Translations under genes and position numbers: made by a program | Notes under the pieces: model-generated | Seen by the model: only the letters and a program-made list of their open reading frames with translations | The model's database searches: none | Told to the model about the DNA's origin: nothing | NCBI GenBank assembly: GCA_031372565.1 | Contig: JANMLN010000054.1 | Location: 32,001 to 96,000 of the forward strand | Reading direction: 5' to 3' | DNA length: 64,000 nucleotides | DNA from: Gemmatimonadota bacterium | GTDB taxonomy: Bacteria; Gemmatimonadota; Gemmatimonadetes; Gemmatimonadales; Gemmatimonadaceae | Shown: positions 10,901 to 20,821 of the stretch, piece by piece | How positions within the stretch are numbered: the stretch's first letter is position 1 | How the letters are laid out: each line of letters begins with the position of its first letter

Positions 10901-13357
10901 ACCGTGGCGGGCCGGTACAGGATCCGCGTGCAGGGCGACCAGCTCCCGCCGGCGCCGTGGGCGAACGTGATCGCGAACACGCGCGCCGGTTTCGTCGTCA
11001 CCGAGCAGGGCGGCGGCTTCACCTGGGCCACGAGCTCGTACTTCTATCGTCTCACGCCCTGGTTCAACGACCCGGTGAGCGACCCGGTGGGCGAGGTGCT
11101 CTACCTGCGCGACGAGGAGAACGGCGAGTTCTGGAGCGCGACGCCCGCCCCCGTGCGGCGCGGCATCGCGTACGACGTCGAGCATGGCGCCGGCCTGAGC
11201 GTCTTCCGCCACGAGCACGCGGGGATCATCACGCGGCTCACGATGGGCGTCGCCGGCGAGGATCCGGTGAAGCTCTCGATCATCCGCGTCACGAACAACA
11301 GCGGTCGTCCCCGCCGGCTCACGCTCACCTCGTACGTCAAGTGGACCCTCGGCGTGCTGCGCGAACTCACGCAGCACCGGGTGCGCACGCGCTTCGACGC
11401 CGCGCACGGCGCCGTCCTCGCGGACAATCCGTTCGATCCCCAGTTCGCCGCGACCGTCGCCTTCTCCGCGATGAGCGCCCCGGTCGCCACGCACACCGGC
11501 GACCGCCGCGAGTTCATCGGCCGCAACGACTCGCCCGCCGACCCGGCCGCGCTGCGTCGTCCCGCGCTCGGCGAACGCACCGGACTCGGCGTCGATCCCT
11601 GTGCCGCACTGCGCACCGTGCTCGATCTCGCGCCCGGCGAATCGCGCACCATCGTCGTGTTGCTCGGCGCGGCTCCCGACGACGCCGAGGCGCGGCGCCT
11701 GCTCGCGGCGTATCGCGACGTGGCGCGCGCCGAGGCCGCGCTCGACCAGACCGTCCAGGCGTGGGACGACCGGCTGAGCGTCGTCGCCGTGCGCACGCCG
11801 GAGCCCAGCTTCGACGCGATCGTGAACCGATGGAGCCTGTATCAGGCACTCGCGTGCCGGCTCTGGGCGCGTTCGGCCACGTACCAGAGCAGCGGCGCGT
11901 TCGGCTTCCGCGACCAGTTGCAGGACGCCATGGCGTTGGTCTATGCCGAGCCCGAACTCGCGCGCGCGCAGCTTCTCCGCGCCGCGGCCCGCCAGTTCCC
12001 CGAGGGCGACGTCCAGCACTGGTGGCATCCGGAGAGCGGCCGCGGCGTGCGCACGCGCTTCTCCGACGACCTCGCCTGGTTGCCGTACGTGGTGGAGCAG
12101 TACGTCCGGGTCACCGGCGATCGCTCGGTGCTCGACGAGGAGGTCGCGTTCATCACCATGCGGGCGCTCGAGCCGGCCGAGCACGAGGTGTACGACCTGC
12201 CGCACGTGAGCGAGGATCGCGCGAGCATCTACGAGCACTGCCGCCGCGCCCTCATGAAGGCGTGCACCACCGGCGCCCACGGATTGCCGCTCATCGGCAC
12301 CGGCGACTGGAACGACGGGATGAGCCGCGTGGGCAAGGACGGACGCGGCGAGAGTGTCTGGCTCGGCTGGTTCCTCGTCGCGACGCTGCGCGCCTTCGCC
12401 CCCATCGCCGCCGCGCGCGGCGATGCCGCGAGCGACGCGACCTTCCGTGCACAGGCCGACCGCTACGTGGACGCGATCGAGAAGGAAGGCTGGGACGGCG
12501 CCTGGTACCGCCGTGCCTTCTTCGACGACGGCACGCCGCTCGGCTCGAGCACGGAGCCCGAGTGCCGGATCGATTCGATCGCGCAGAGCTGGAGCGTCAT
12601 CTCCGGTGCCGGACGCCCCGATCGCCAGGCGCAGGCCATGCGCGCGCTCGAGGAGCAGCTCGTCGACCCGCTCGCGCGACTCATCAAGCTCCTCACCCCG
12701 CCGTTCGACAAGACCCCGCACGACCCCGGCTACATCAAGGGCTACGTCCCCGGCGTCCGCGAGAACGGGGCGCAGTACACGCACGCTGCCCTCTGGGCCG
12801 TGCTGGCCGCCGCGCGCCGCGGCGACGGCACCAAGGCCGTCTCCTGGTTCCAGATGCTCAACCCCTTCACGCACACCGACACGCCCGAGGGCGTCGCGAC
12901 CTATCGCGTGGAGCCGTACGTCGTCGCCGCCGACGTGTACACCACGCGGGGCGCGCTCGGGCGCGGCGGGTGGACCTGGTACACGGGATCAGCGAGCTGG
13001 ATGTACCGCGTGGGGCTCGAGGCGATTGTCGGCTTCCAGAAGACCGGCGACACGCTACGGATCGAACCCTGCGTGCCGGAGACCTGGCCGGAACTGGGGG
13101 TCGAGTATCGGTTCGCGCGGTCGACGTACTCGATCACCGTGACGCTCCCCGGTCTGTTGCGGACGCTGGGCGCGCGCGTGACGCTCGACGGCGAGGAACT
13201 CGCGGATGGGGCCGTCCCGCTCGTGGATGACGGACTGCGGCACGTGGTGATCATCACGCCGCTGGAGCCGCAGGCGCTCGACGCCCAGTCGCCTCGAGAC
13301 ATTGGGTCGTCTGCCCTAGTGACACCGGTTGCAGGGAAGGCTAGAATCGCGCTGTAG
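4997..13357 (+). CDS. ndvB: Cyclic beta-1,2-glucan synthase (Cgs/NdvB/ChvB family)
   Basis: ~2790 aa. GT84 motifs WERKRGKL, YVITLDAD, LSHDLIEG, RWIRGDWQ; middle domain TSPTNIG, YDLLASEARL, WSGSMFEYLMP; GH94 motifs GFRDQLQD, GDWNDG, RENGAQYTH. Confidence 0.93.
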   Translation: MNTLFSRRAIPRRPPPSVEDVYAGPIRGELLGAERLADRARGLAKAQQAIHERRKRRLREPPARLLIRLAQTRRILEGAEVRLTAAAQRGTDIGPAGDWFLDNFHVVREHASQVHESLPEDYFRELPILTHGTLAAYPRVYEIAITLISHAEARIDLDNVDVFVGAFQERLVLSLGELWAVPAMLRLGLIESVRRMTLRTLERLDEIEAADKWTAHILSRSALGQDAMRGAIAEFVEERHVLTPTFVSRLLQQLRASAGAVPPLVGIEQWFAEEGFGPTEAATRAAERLAMTTHVMANSIMSLRSIGPRDWSRFVERQSAVERELRGDPSGDYPHMTFATRDTYRHAVERMAKHAGATEVQVAQRAVAHARGFADDPRLSHVGYWLVDRGVGAFEATIGYAAPRPLRVRRWLRRQPNLVYTSAIASGTLVALGLLQWAAGAEARTSWIVVSVVGLLLAFDIAVSLMTQAVTAFLPPRLLPRLDFTQVGIPAGCRTAVVVPTLVANIPEVEAALSGLEVQFLANRRSHLHYALLSDYADAATETCPDDAAILAAAVRGVEALNDRYAPVTRDAFYLFHRDRQWNESQGVWMGWERKRGKLAQFNRFLRGTANGAFAVTVGSVEVLRQVKYVITLDADTVLPPDEALALVGAIAHPLNRAVFDPVKSRVVEGYGILQPRVNVSLASAQRSRFAAIHSGHPGVDPYTTAVSDVYQDLYGEGSYTGKGIYDVDVFETATHGRFPENTLLSHDLIEGNYARAGLVTDIMLFDDYPARYLTFWRRRHRWIRGDWQLLRWLTRTVPGPAGPERNRLSFLARWKILDNLRRSTVEMAQLVFLLAGWLHLTGTSLRWTALGLLAVAAPWIIALTIAVVKPARDKSLRAYYGAVWRDAVTSAEQFGLTIVFLPQQAWLAADAIARTLWRLAVSRRSLLEWQPAALAEKATLHSLGLAWRTMWPAALTPVLFFAFVAGRAIGPDGPQPIGTVAMLVSLGLLVALWGMAPFIAHWMSQPRTPHVAPFSDAARARALAYARTHWGFFARFADASTAWLAPDNEQEDPTRVIAMRTSPTNIGLQLLSTASAYDLGIIPIEEMTERLERAFGSLDRMARFRGHFLNWYSLPDLAVLDPGYVSTVDSGNLAGHLIALRQACCGFAAGALATSPKLASRLEHLAGRMDTMVLEMDFAFLFDDTTKLFRIGFNTATHQHDESSYDLLASEARLASFIAIAKHDVAPEHWFRLGRMLTLAHGRAALVSWSGSMFEYLMPLLVMRAFPQSLLGLTYEGAIERQARYGAKRGVPWGISESTYNVRDRHLTYQYRAFGVPDLALQRGLARDLVVAPYASALAVMVDPERALANLARLEALGALGEFGFYDALDYTRPTDDESYATVRTHMAHHVGMTIVALANALMSQRWQERFHADPMVRAAALLLDERVPRRLEFQEPQFVATGVSAPDAQVDRPVVREYGTVDTPRPHVALLGHAPMTVMVTHAGGGFSRFEGLSVTRWRSDGTRDDSGEFCYVKDLGTGHTWSSGHQPTGTIAESYRASLATDRVTILRTDGALETRTEIVVAPEDAAEIRRVTVTNNSGTVREVELTSFGEIVLAPRAADRVHPAFGNLFVETEWHEWCHTITATRRPRSAEEATVWCAHVVDTGKHRVGAVTYETDRARFIGRGRSTREPAALQPGGELSGTTGAVLDPIFAIRVKVRLEPGESESVAFTTIVATSRERIFALTDLYHGAHAARRALDLAWTSTQIELRELGISPADAAACQELAGYILFPDSVTRAPSLGLARNDGWQQTLWAHGISGDWPVVLATIDSAEGLASLQPLLTAHRYWRLRGVNVDLLVVSNEPQSYLQDLRERITALLLATDGSSMLDASGGVHLRNRSALGPADFDTISAVARLSIPCDGRTLARIVRDVEQLTDAPESPFSAEPIEAMSIEKERRPAAHATALTRSTGSFERLQFENGRGGLTVAGRYRIRVQGDQLPPAPWANVIANTRAGFVVTEQGGGFTWATSSYFYRLTPWFNDPVSDPVGEVLYLRDEENGEFWSATPAPVRRGIAYDVEHGAGLSVFRHEHAGIITRLTMGVAGEDPVKLSIIRVTNNSGRPRRLTLTSYVKWTLGVLRELTQHRVRTRFDAAHGAVLADNPFDPQFAATVAFSAMSAPVATHTGDRREFIGRNDSPADPAALRRPALGERTGLGVDPCAALRTVLDLAPGESRTIVVLLGAAPDDAEARRLLAAYRDVARAEAALDQTVQAWDDRLSVVAVRTPEPSFDAIVNRWSLYQALACRLWARSATYQSSGAFGFRDQLQDAMALVYAEPELARAQLLRAAARQFPEGDVQHWWHPESGRGVRTRFSDDLAWLPYVVEQYVRVTGDRSVLDEEVAFITMRALEPAEHEVYDLPHVSEDRASIYEHCRRALMKACTTGAHGLPLIGTGDWNDGMSRVGKDGRGESVWLGWFLVATLRAFAPIAAARGDAASDATFRAQADRYVDAIEKEGWDGAWYRRAFFDDGTPLGSSTEPECRIDSIAQSWSVISGAGRPDRQAQAMRALEEQLVDPLARLIKLLTPPFDKTPHDPGYIKGYVPGVRENGAQYTHAALWAVLAAARRGDGTKAVSWFQMLNPFTHTDTPEGVATYRVEPYVVAADVYTTRGALGRGGWTWYTGSASWMYRVGLEAIVGFQKTGDTLRIEPCVPETWPELGVEYRFARSTYSITVTLPGLLRTLGARVTLDGEELADGAVPLVDDGLRHVVIITPLEPQALDAQSPRDIGSSALVTPVAGKARIAL

Positions 13358-13388
13358 ACGTTCCGTCTCCCTCAACGGCCGCCGAACT

Positions 13389-14948
13389 GTGACGCGACGA
13401 TTCTGCCTGCTGGTCCTCGCACTGCTCGCCTCGACTGGCTGCGGCAGCTTTCCACGCACCGTGAATCGGACCCTCATCCGACCCGACTCGGCTGGCTCGC
13501 TTGCGGCGCCCACGCCGACGAGTCCGTTCCTCAAGGCACATCTCAAGTCGGGAGAGGTTGCGCTCTTTTCGGCGTGGAGTGTGGATTCTTCCGCCGGCGT
13601 CGTCTCTGGCACGGCGCTGCGTCAGGACATCAACCGACGCCTCGTCCGCGGCGACGGGCCGGTGCGCATTGCGCTGGACTCGGTCGCCCTGTTCGAGACC
13701 AACACGATCGCCTCACACGGGTCGGTGGTCGCCATGGCGATCATGACCGGCGTCTCGATCGGCATGACCGTGTACTGCATCCAGAATCCCAAGGCGTGCT
13801 TCGGTTCGTGTCCCACCTTCTACGTGAAGGACGCGGGCACCGACCGGCTGGTCGCCGAAGGGTTCTCGTCCAGCGTGTCGCCGGCGCTCGAGGCAACGGA
13901 TCTCGACGCGATCGCCGAGGTGGAGGCGGGGCAACGCACCTTTGCGCTGGAAATGCGCGACGAGGCGCTCGAGACCCACAACGTCCGGTGGGCCGACCTG
14001 CTGGTCGTGCCCCATGCGGAGGGCGAGGCGGTGATTGCGGATCGCACGGGCCGTTTTCTGCGCACGGGGCCCTGGGCGGCCCCGGAGCAGTGCCGCGCAC
14101 CGGAGGGTGATTGTCAGCTCGCGGTGGCTGCGCGCGATGCCCGGGAGCGCTTCAGCGGTGCCGATTCGACCGACCTCGCCGCGCGGGAGGTCGTGGAACT
14201 CACCTTCGAACGTCCGCAGGGTCGTGCGGGACCGACGGCACTCGTCCTCGGCTCTCGCCAGACGCTGCTCAGCACCTTCCTGTTCTATCAGGAGCTCGCG
14301 TACATGGGCCGGGAAGCCGGTTCGTGGTTCGCCGCGCTCGAACGCGGGGTGCCGAACGCGCGCGCGAGTGCGCTTGGCATCGACCACGCACTCGGCCGGA
14401 TCGAAGTCGAGGTTGAAGGCGCCGATGGTGCGTGGCACCCCGCTGGCGAAGTCGGTGAAAGCGGCCCGCTCGCGTCCGACGTGCAGTCGCTGGTGTTGCC
14501 ACCCCTCGGAAGCGGCCCCGTGCGCGTGCGGCTGCGCATGGCGCGCGGCTTGTGGCGCCTCGATCTCGTCGCGCTGGCCCCCGTTCTTGGCGAGGCCACG
14601 GCGCTCCGCGTCCGGCCGACGCGCGTGCGACGTGCCGGCACGGACGACGGCGAGGCGTTGGGTCGCCTCACCGACGACGCGCGCTTCCTGACCACGTTGC
14701 CGGGCGATGCCCTCACGCTGGAATACGCGCTGCCCGTCCCCGAGCGCCGCCGCGCGATCTTTCTTGAATCACGCGGCTACTATCTCGAATGGATGCGTGA
14801 CGAGTGGTTGGCCGACGAGAGCGCGGAGCGCGCCATGATGATGATGAGCGATCCTGCACGCGCGCTGCGCGAGCTCGCGCCCGCCTTCAAGCGCACCGAG
14901 GCGCAGATGGAAGCCGCGTTCTGGAGGAGTCGCTATGTGGCGCGCTAG
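13389..14948 (+). CDS. Uncharacterised lipoprotein with CFGSCPTFY motif
   Basis: GTG start, lipobox LASTGC, internal hydrophobic segment followed by CIQNPKACFGSCPTFY, C-terminal SRGYYLEW. Confidence 0.7.
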   Translation: MTRRFCLLVLALLASTGCGSFPRTVNRTLIRPDSAGSLAAPTPTSPFLKAHLKSGEVALFSAWSVDSSAGVVSGTALRQDINRRLVRGDGPVRIALDSVALFETNTIASHGSVVAMAIMTGVSIGMTVYCIQNPKACFGSCPTFYVKDAGTDRLVAEGFSSSVSPALEATDLDAIAEVEAGQRTFALEMRDEALETHNVRWADLLVVPHAEGEAVIADRTGRFLRTGPWAAPEQCRAPEGDCQLAVAARDARERFSGADSTDLAAREVVELTFERPQGRAGPTALVLGSRQTLLSTFLFYQELAYMGREAGSWFAALERGVPNARASALGIDHALGRIEVEVEGADGAWHPAGEVGESGPLASDVQSLVLPPLGSGPVRVRLRMARGLWRLDLVALAPVLGEATALRVRPTRVRRAGTDDGEALGRLTDDARFLTTLPGDALTLEYALPVPERRRAIFLESRGYYLEWMRDEWLADESAERAMMMMSDPARALRELAPAFKRTEAQMEAAFWRSRYVAR

Positions 14949-15477
14949 CGCGTGGAGGCGCTCGGCGTGGGCCGTGGCCAGCTCCGTCCTGTTGGGGGGC
15001 TGCTACTACTCGAAGGCGCTCCCGGGTGAGCTGCCGACCGCGGACAACGTGGCCCGCGACAGCTTCGGGGCGTGGGTGAGGCTTCAATGGTTGAGCCCGC
15101 AGTTCGAGGAGCGCGCGGTGGTGGGCGAGCTGATCGCGCTCACCCCCGACACCGCGTTCGTGCTCACCTGGGAGTCGTTGGTCGCGCTCCCGGTGCCCGC
15201 CATTCGGCGCGTCGAAGCGGAGCTCTATGACCAGCCCAAGACGCCGCTGACGCTGTGGACAGCGGCGGGTATTGTCTCGTCGTTGTACACCCACGGCTTC
15301 TTTTTCTTCAGCGTGGCCCCGGCATGGGGGCTGACGGGTGCCTTGTCGATGGCGGGCTCGTCCAAGGCGCCCGCGCACGACGCACTCTCTCCGACCGTGG
15401 CGAAGTTCGCCCGCTTCCCGCAGGGTCTGCCGGCGGGGCTGGACCGGACGGCGCTCAAGCCGCGGCCACGCCGCTAG
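14935..15477 (+). CDS. Hypothetical lipoprotein
   Basis: Lipobox LLGGC, hydrophobic hairpin, FARFPQGLP ending. Overlaps the previous gene's end. Confidence 0.65.
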   Translation: MWRASAWRRSAWAVASSVLLGGCYYSKALPGELPTADNVARDSFGAWVRLQWLSPQFEERAVVGELIALTPDTAFVLTWESLVALPVPAIRRVEAELYDQPKTPLTLWTAAGIVSSLYTHGFFFFSVAPAWGLTGALSMAGSSKAPAHDALSPTVAKFARFPQGLPAGLDRTALKPRPRR

Positions 15478-15499
15478 CCTCGACGTCCTGCCGTCGAGG
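15478..15499 (+). terminator. Short GC hairpin after lipoprotein pair
   Basis: CCTCGACG-tcctgc-CGTCGAGG directly after the stop. No U-tract. Confidence 0.35.
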
Positions 15500-15601
15500 T
15501 ATCGGCTGTTGATGGCGCGGCACTCTTGGCCGCGTCGCGCCGATATCTTTAGCCCGAGCGCCAGCGCGACCACGAAACCGGACGACCTTCGGCGTGGTTG
15601 A

Positions 15602-17869
<2,268 letters not shown>

Positions 17870-17899
17870 TGCAACGGGGCGGGGCAGGGTGACGCAACA

Positions 17900-17933
17900 G
17901 GGAGGCGCCTCGGTGAGAACCGGAGCGCCTCCC
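17900..17933. terminator. Probable bidirectional intrinsic terminator
   Basis: GGGAGGCGC..CGGT-gaga-ACCG..GCGCCTCCC hairpin between convergent katG and the oxidoreductase operon. Confidence 0.7.
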
Positions 17934-17969
17934 TTCTGCTTGTATCGCAGTACCGACCGACCGCCTGCC

Positions 17970-19025
17970 CTACCGGTACTCGCTCATCAGCGCGTCGAGC
18001 GCCGCGCTCCCGGGACACAACAGGTCGAACGGCAGGTCGATCAGCGGCGTCTCCACCGTGTGCATCATGTCGTGCATCTCCCGGCCCGATCCGTCGACGA
18101 ACAACAGCCCGGTCGCGAGTTCGCCGCGAGCGTCACAGGCGGCCACATGCGCGTACGCCGAAGCGCGGCTGGTCGGGTCGTAGTCGGGCGACGTGGCATG
18201 CAGGCGTACGCTCGCCCCGTGATGCAGCGCCACCTCGCTCAGGCCCGCAGCCGCCTCGTCGACCGTGATCGCGCGCTGGATCGGGATGAAGTCGGCGTGG
18301 ACCTCCTCCACATCATGCGCCCGCGTGTAGGCGTAGCTCTTGGTGGAGCCCTCGTGATCGTTGAAGGTCACGCAGGGGCTGATCACGTCCACGAGCGCAA
18401 AGCCATGGTGTGACAACCCGGCCTTGAGAATCGGCACGAGCTGCTGCTTGTCACCGGAGAACGAGCGAGCCACGAAGGTCGCGCCGAGCGAGAGCGCCAG
18501 CAGCACCGGATCGATCGGCGCCTGCTCGTTGGCCTCACCCTTCTTGCTCTTCGAACCGATGTCCGCCGACGCGGAAAACTGGCCCTTGGTCAGTCCGTAC
18601 ACGCCGTTGTTCTCGAGCACGTACAGCATGTTCACGTTGCGGCGGATCGCGTGCGACAGCTGCCCGAGTCCGATCGAGAGCGAGTCGCCATCGCCCGACA
18701 CCCCGATGAAGGTCAGCGAGCGGTTCGCCGCCGCCGCGCCCGACGTGACCGACGGCATGCGTCCGTGCACGCTGTTGAAGCCATGCGACTGCTTCATGAA
18801 GTACGCGGTCGTCTTGGACGAGCAGCCGATGCCGCTCATCTTGGCGGCGCCGTGTGGCGGCAGGGCGAGTTCCCACGTCGCTTGCACGATGGCGGCGGTC
18901 ACCGAGTCGTGGCCGCATCCGGCGCACAGCGTGCTCATCGCGCCCTCGTAGTCGCGAAGCGTGAGGCCGAGCGCATTGGTGCGTGCGCCGGGATGGCTGA
19001 CGGGGGGCTTGGTGATGGAGGTCAT
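17970..19025 (-). CDS. 2-oxoacid:ferredoxin oxidoreductase beta subunit
   Basis: STLCAGCGH, SGIGCSS, VHGR, TPP-binding SGDGD...ENNGVYGLTKGQ, ISPCVTFN. Confidence 0.93.
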   Translation of the reverse strand: MTSITKPPVSHPGARTNALGLTLRDYEGAMSTLCAGCGHDSVTAAIVQATWELALPPHGAAKMSGIGCSSKTTAYFMKQSHGFNSVHGRMPSVTSGAAAANRSLTFIGVSGDGDSLSIGLGQLSHAIRRNVNMLYVLENNGVYGLTKGQFSASADIGSKSKKGEANEQAPIDPVLLALSLGATFVARSFSGDKQQLVPILKAGLSHHGFALVDVISPCVTFNDHEGSTKSYAYTRAHDVEEVHADFIPIQRAITVDEAAAGLSEVALHHGASVRLHATSPDYDPTSRASAYAHVAACDARGELATGLLFVDGSGREMHDMMHTVETPLIDLPFDLLCPGSAALDALMSEYR

Positions 19026-20821
19026 GCGGGCGCTCCCACGAGGCGGTGCATGATCCCGCTCACCACCGTGTGGGCGGTGAGGGGGAGGCCGGCGTAGTCG
19101 AGGATGGGCGTCATCGCATCGCGCGGGATGCCGAGCTCGATGGCGAGGAGCGAGCGCAGCTGTGCGTCGCGGTTCTGTTCGACCACGAAGGTTCGCTCGT
19201 GCGCGCCGAGGAACGACCGCACCGCAGCGCCGAACGGGAAGCCGCGGATGCGCATCACGTCCACGATCACGCCCTGCGCGCGCAGCAGGTCGGCCGCTTC
19301 GCGCACGGCCGCGTCGCCACTACCGAGGCAGACAATGCCGATGTCCGCGCCGGGTTGCACCTGGAACGCAGGCTGCGGCACGGCTTCCGCCGCGTGTGCG
19401 AACTTGCGGGCCAGACGGTCCACGACTTCCTGGTACGCCGCGGCTTCCTCGGTGTAGCCGGCATGCATGTCGTGCCCGGAGCCGCGAACGAAGTAGGCGC
19501 CCTTGGCGCCCACCCCGGGGAGGGTGCGCGCGGCGATGCCGTCCCCATCCACGTCGCGATACCGCGAGAAGCGCGGCAACAGTGCGAGCGCCTCGGCGTC
19601 GAGCACCTTGCCCCGGTCGGGGCGATAGGCGTCGTCCCACTCGAGGTGCGGCACCATCCAGTCGTTCATCCCGATGTCGAGGTCCGACGCCACGAAGATC
19701 GGCGTCTGGTATCGCTCGGCCAGGTCGAACGCCTGCACCGTCATGTCGAAACACTCGTGCGGGTTGGCAGGAAAGAGGATCGGGTGCTTGGTATCGCCGT
19801 GCGAGGCGTACGCCAGCGAGAGGAGGTCCGCCTGCTGCGTGCGCGTCGGCATGCCGGTGGCGGGACCACAGCGCTGCACGTCGATGAAGACGGCGGGGAT
19901 GTCAGTGTAGTACGCGAGCCCGATGAACTCCTGCATGAGCGAGATGCCGGGGCCCGACGTGTTGGTGAAGGCACGGGCGCCGGCCCATCCTGCGCCGATG
20001 ACGATGCCCGCCGCGGCAAGTTCGTCCTCCGCCTGCAGGATCGCGTAGCGATGCAGCCCGGTGACCGGATCTACCCGGTATTGCTCGCAGAAGCCCTTGA
20101 ACTGCTCCATCACGCCCGTGGCCGGGGTAATCGGATACCAGGCGCCGACCGTTGCGCCCGCGTAAAGCGCGCCGAGCGCACACGCGGTGTTGCCGTCCAT
20201 CAGGATCGCCTCGCGCGTGGCGTCCATGCGCTCGAGGTGGAAGGGCAGCGGACAGGCAAAGTGCTCGCGCGCGTAATCGTAGCCGAGCCGGATGGCCGTG
20301 AGGTTCGCCTGCAGCACCTTCGGCTTCTTCCCGAACTTCTCGTCGAGCATCTGCTCGGGGATCGTCATGTCGAGCGCGAGGAGCGCGCCAAGCGTGCCGG
20401 CGTACATCATGTTGCGCAGGAGGGTGCGGTCGCGGTCCTTCTCGAACGTCTCGTTGCACATCCGGCCGAACGGAACGCCGAGGAAGGTGACGTCATCGCG
20501 CACCAGCTCGGGGTCGAGCGGCGCGGAGGCGTCATACAGCAAAACGCCGCCCGCGCGTACCGTGGCAACGTCCTTGGCGTAGCTGGCCGGATTGATGGCC
20601 ACCACGAGGTCCACGGCAGACGGACGCGCGGTATAGCCGTCCTTGCTCACCCGGATCTCGTACCAGGTGGGAAGCCCCTGGATGTTCGACGGAAAGAGGT
20701 TCTTGCCGGTGACCGGAATGCCCATGCGGAAGATGGCCTGCATGAGCAGTCCGTTCGCGCTGGCGGAGCCGGTGCCGTTCACCGTGCCCATCTTGAAGGC
20801 GAAGTCGTTGATGCCGCTCAT
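19022..20821 (-). CDS. 2-oxoacid:acceptor oxidoreductase alpha subunit (gamma-alpha fusion)
   Basis: Start MSGINDF at 20821 (ATGA overlap with upstream gene); FPSNIQGLPTWY, WYPITP, QAEDELAA, TSGPG, VEQN. Confidence 0.93.
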   Translation of the reverse strand: MSGINDFAFKMGTVNGTGSASANGLLMQAIFRMGIPVTGKNLFPSNIQGLPTWYEIRVSKDGYTARPSAVDLVVAINPASYAKDVATVRAGGVLLYDASAPLDPELVRDDVTFLGVPFGRMCNETFEKDRDRTLLRNMMYAGTLGALLALDMTIPEQMLDEKFGKKPKVLQANLTAIRLGYDYAREHFACPLPFHLERMDATREAILMDGNTACALGALYAGATVGAWYPITPATGVMEQFKGFCEQYRVDPVTGLHRYAILQAEDELAAAGIVIGAGWAGARAFTNTSGPGISLMQEFIGLAYYTDIPAVFIDVQRCGPATGMPTRTQQADLLSLAYASHGDTKHPILFPANPHECFDMTVQAFDLAERYQTPIFVASDLDIGMNDWMVPHLEWDDAYRPDRGKVLDAEALALLPRFSRYRDVDGDGIAARTLPGVGAKGAYFVRGSGHDMHAGYTEEAAAYQEVVDRLARKFAHAAEAVPQPAFQVQPGADIGIVCLGSGDAAVREAADLLRAQGVIVDVMRIRGFPFGAAVRSFLGAHERTFVVEQNRDAQLRSLLAIELGIPRDAMTPILDYAGLPLTAHTVVSGIMHRLVGAPA

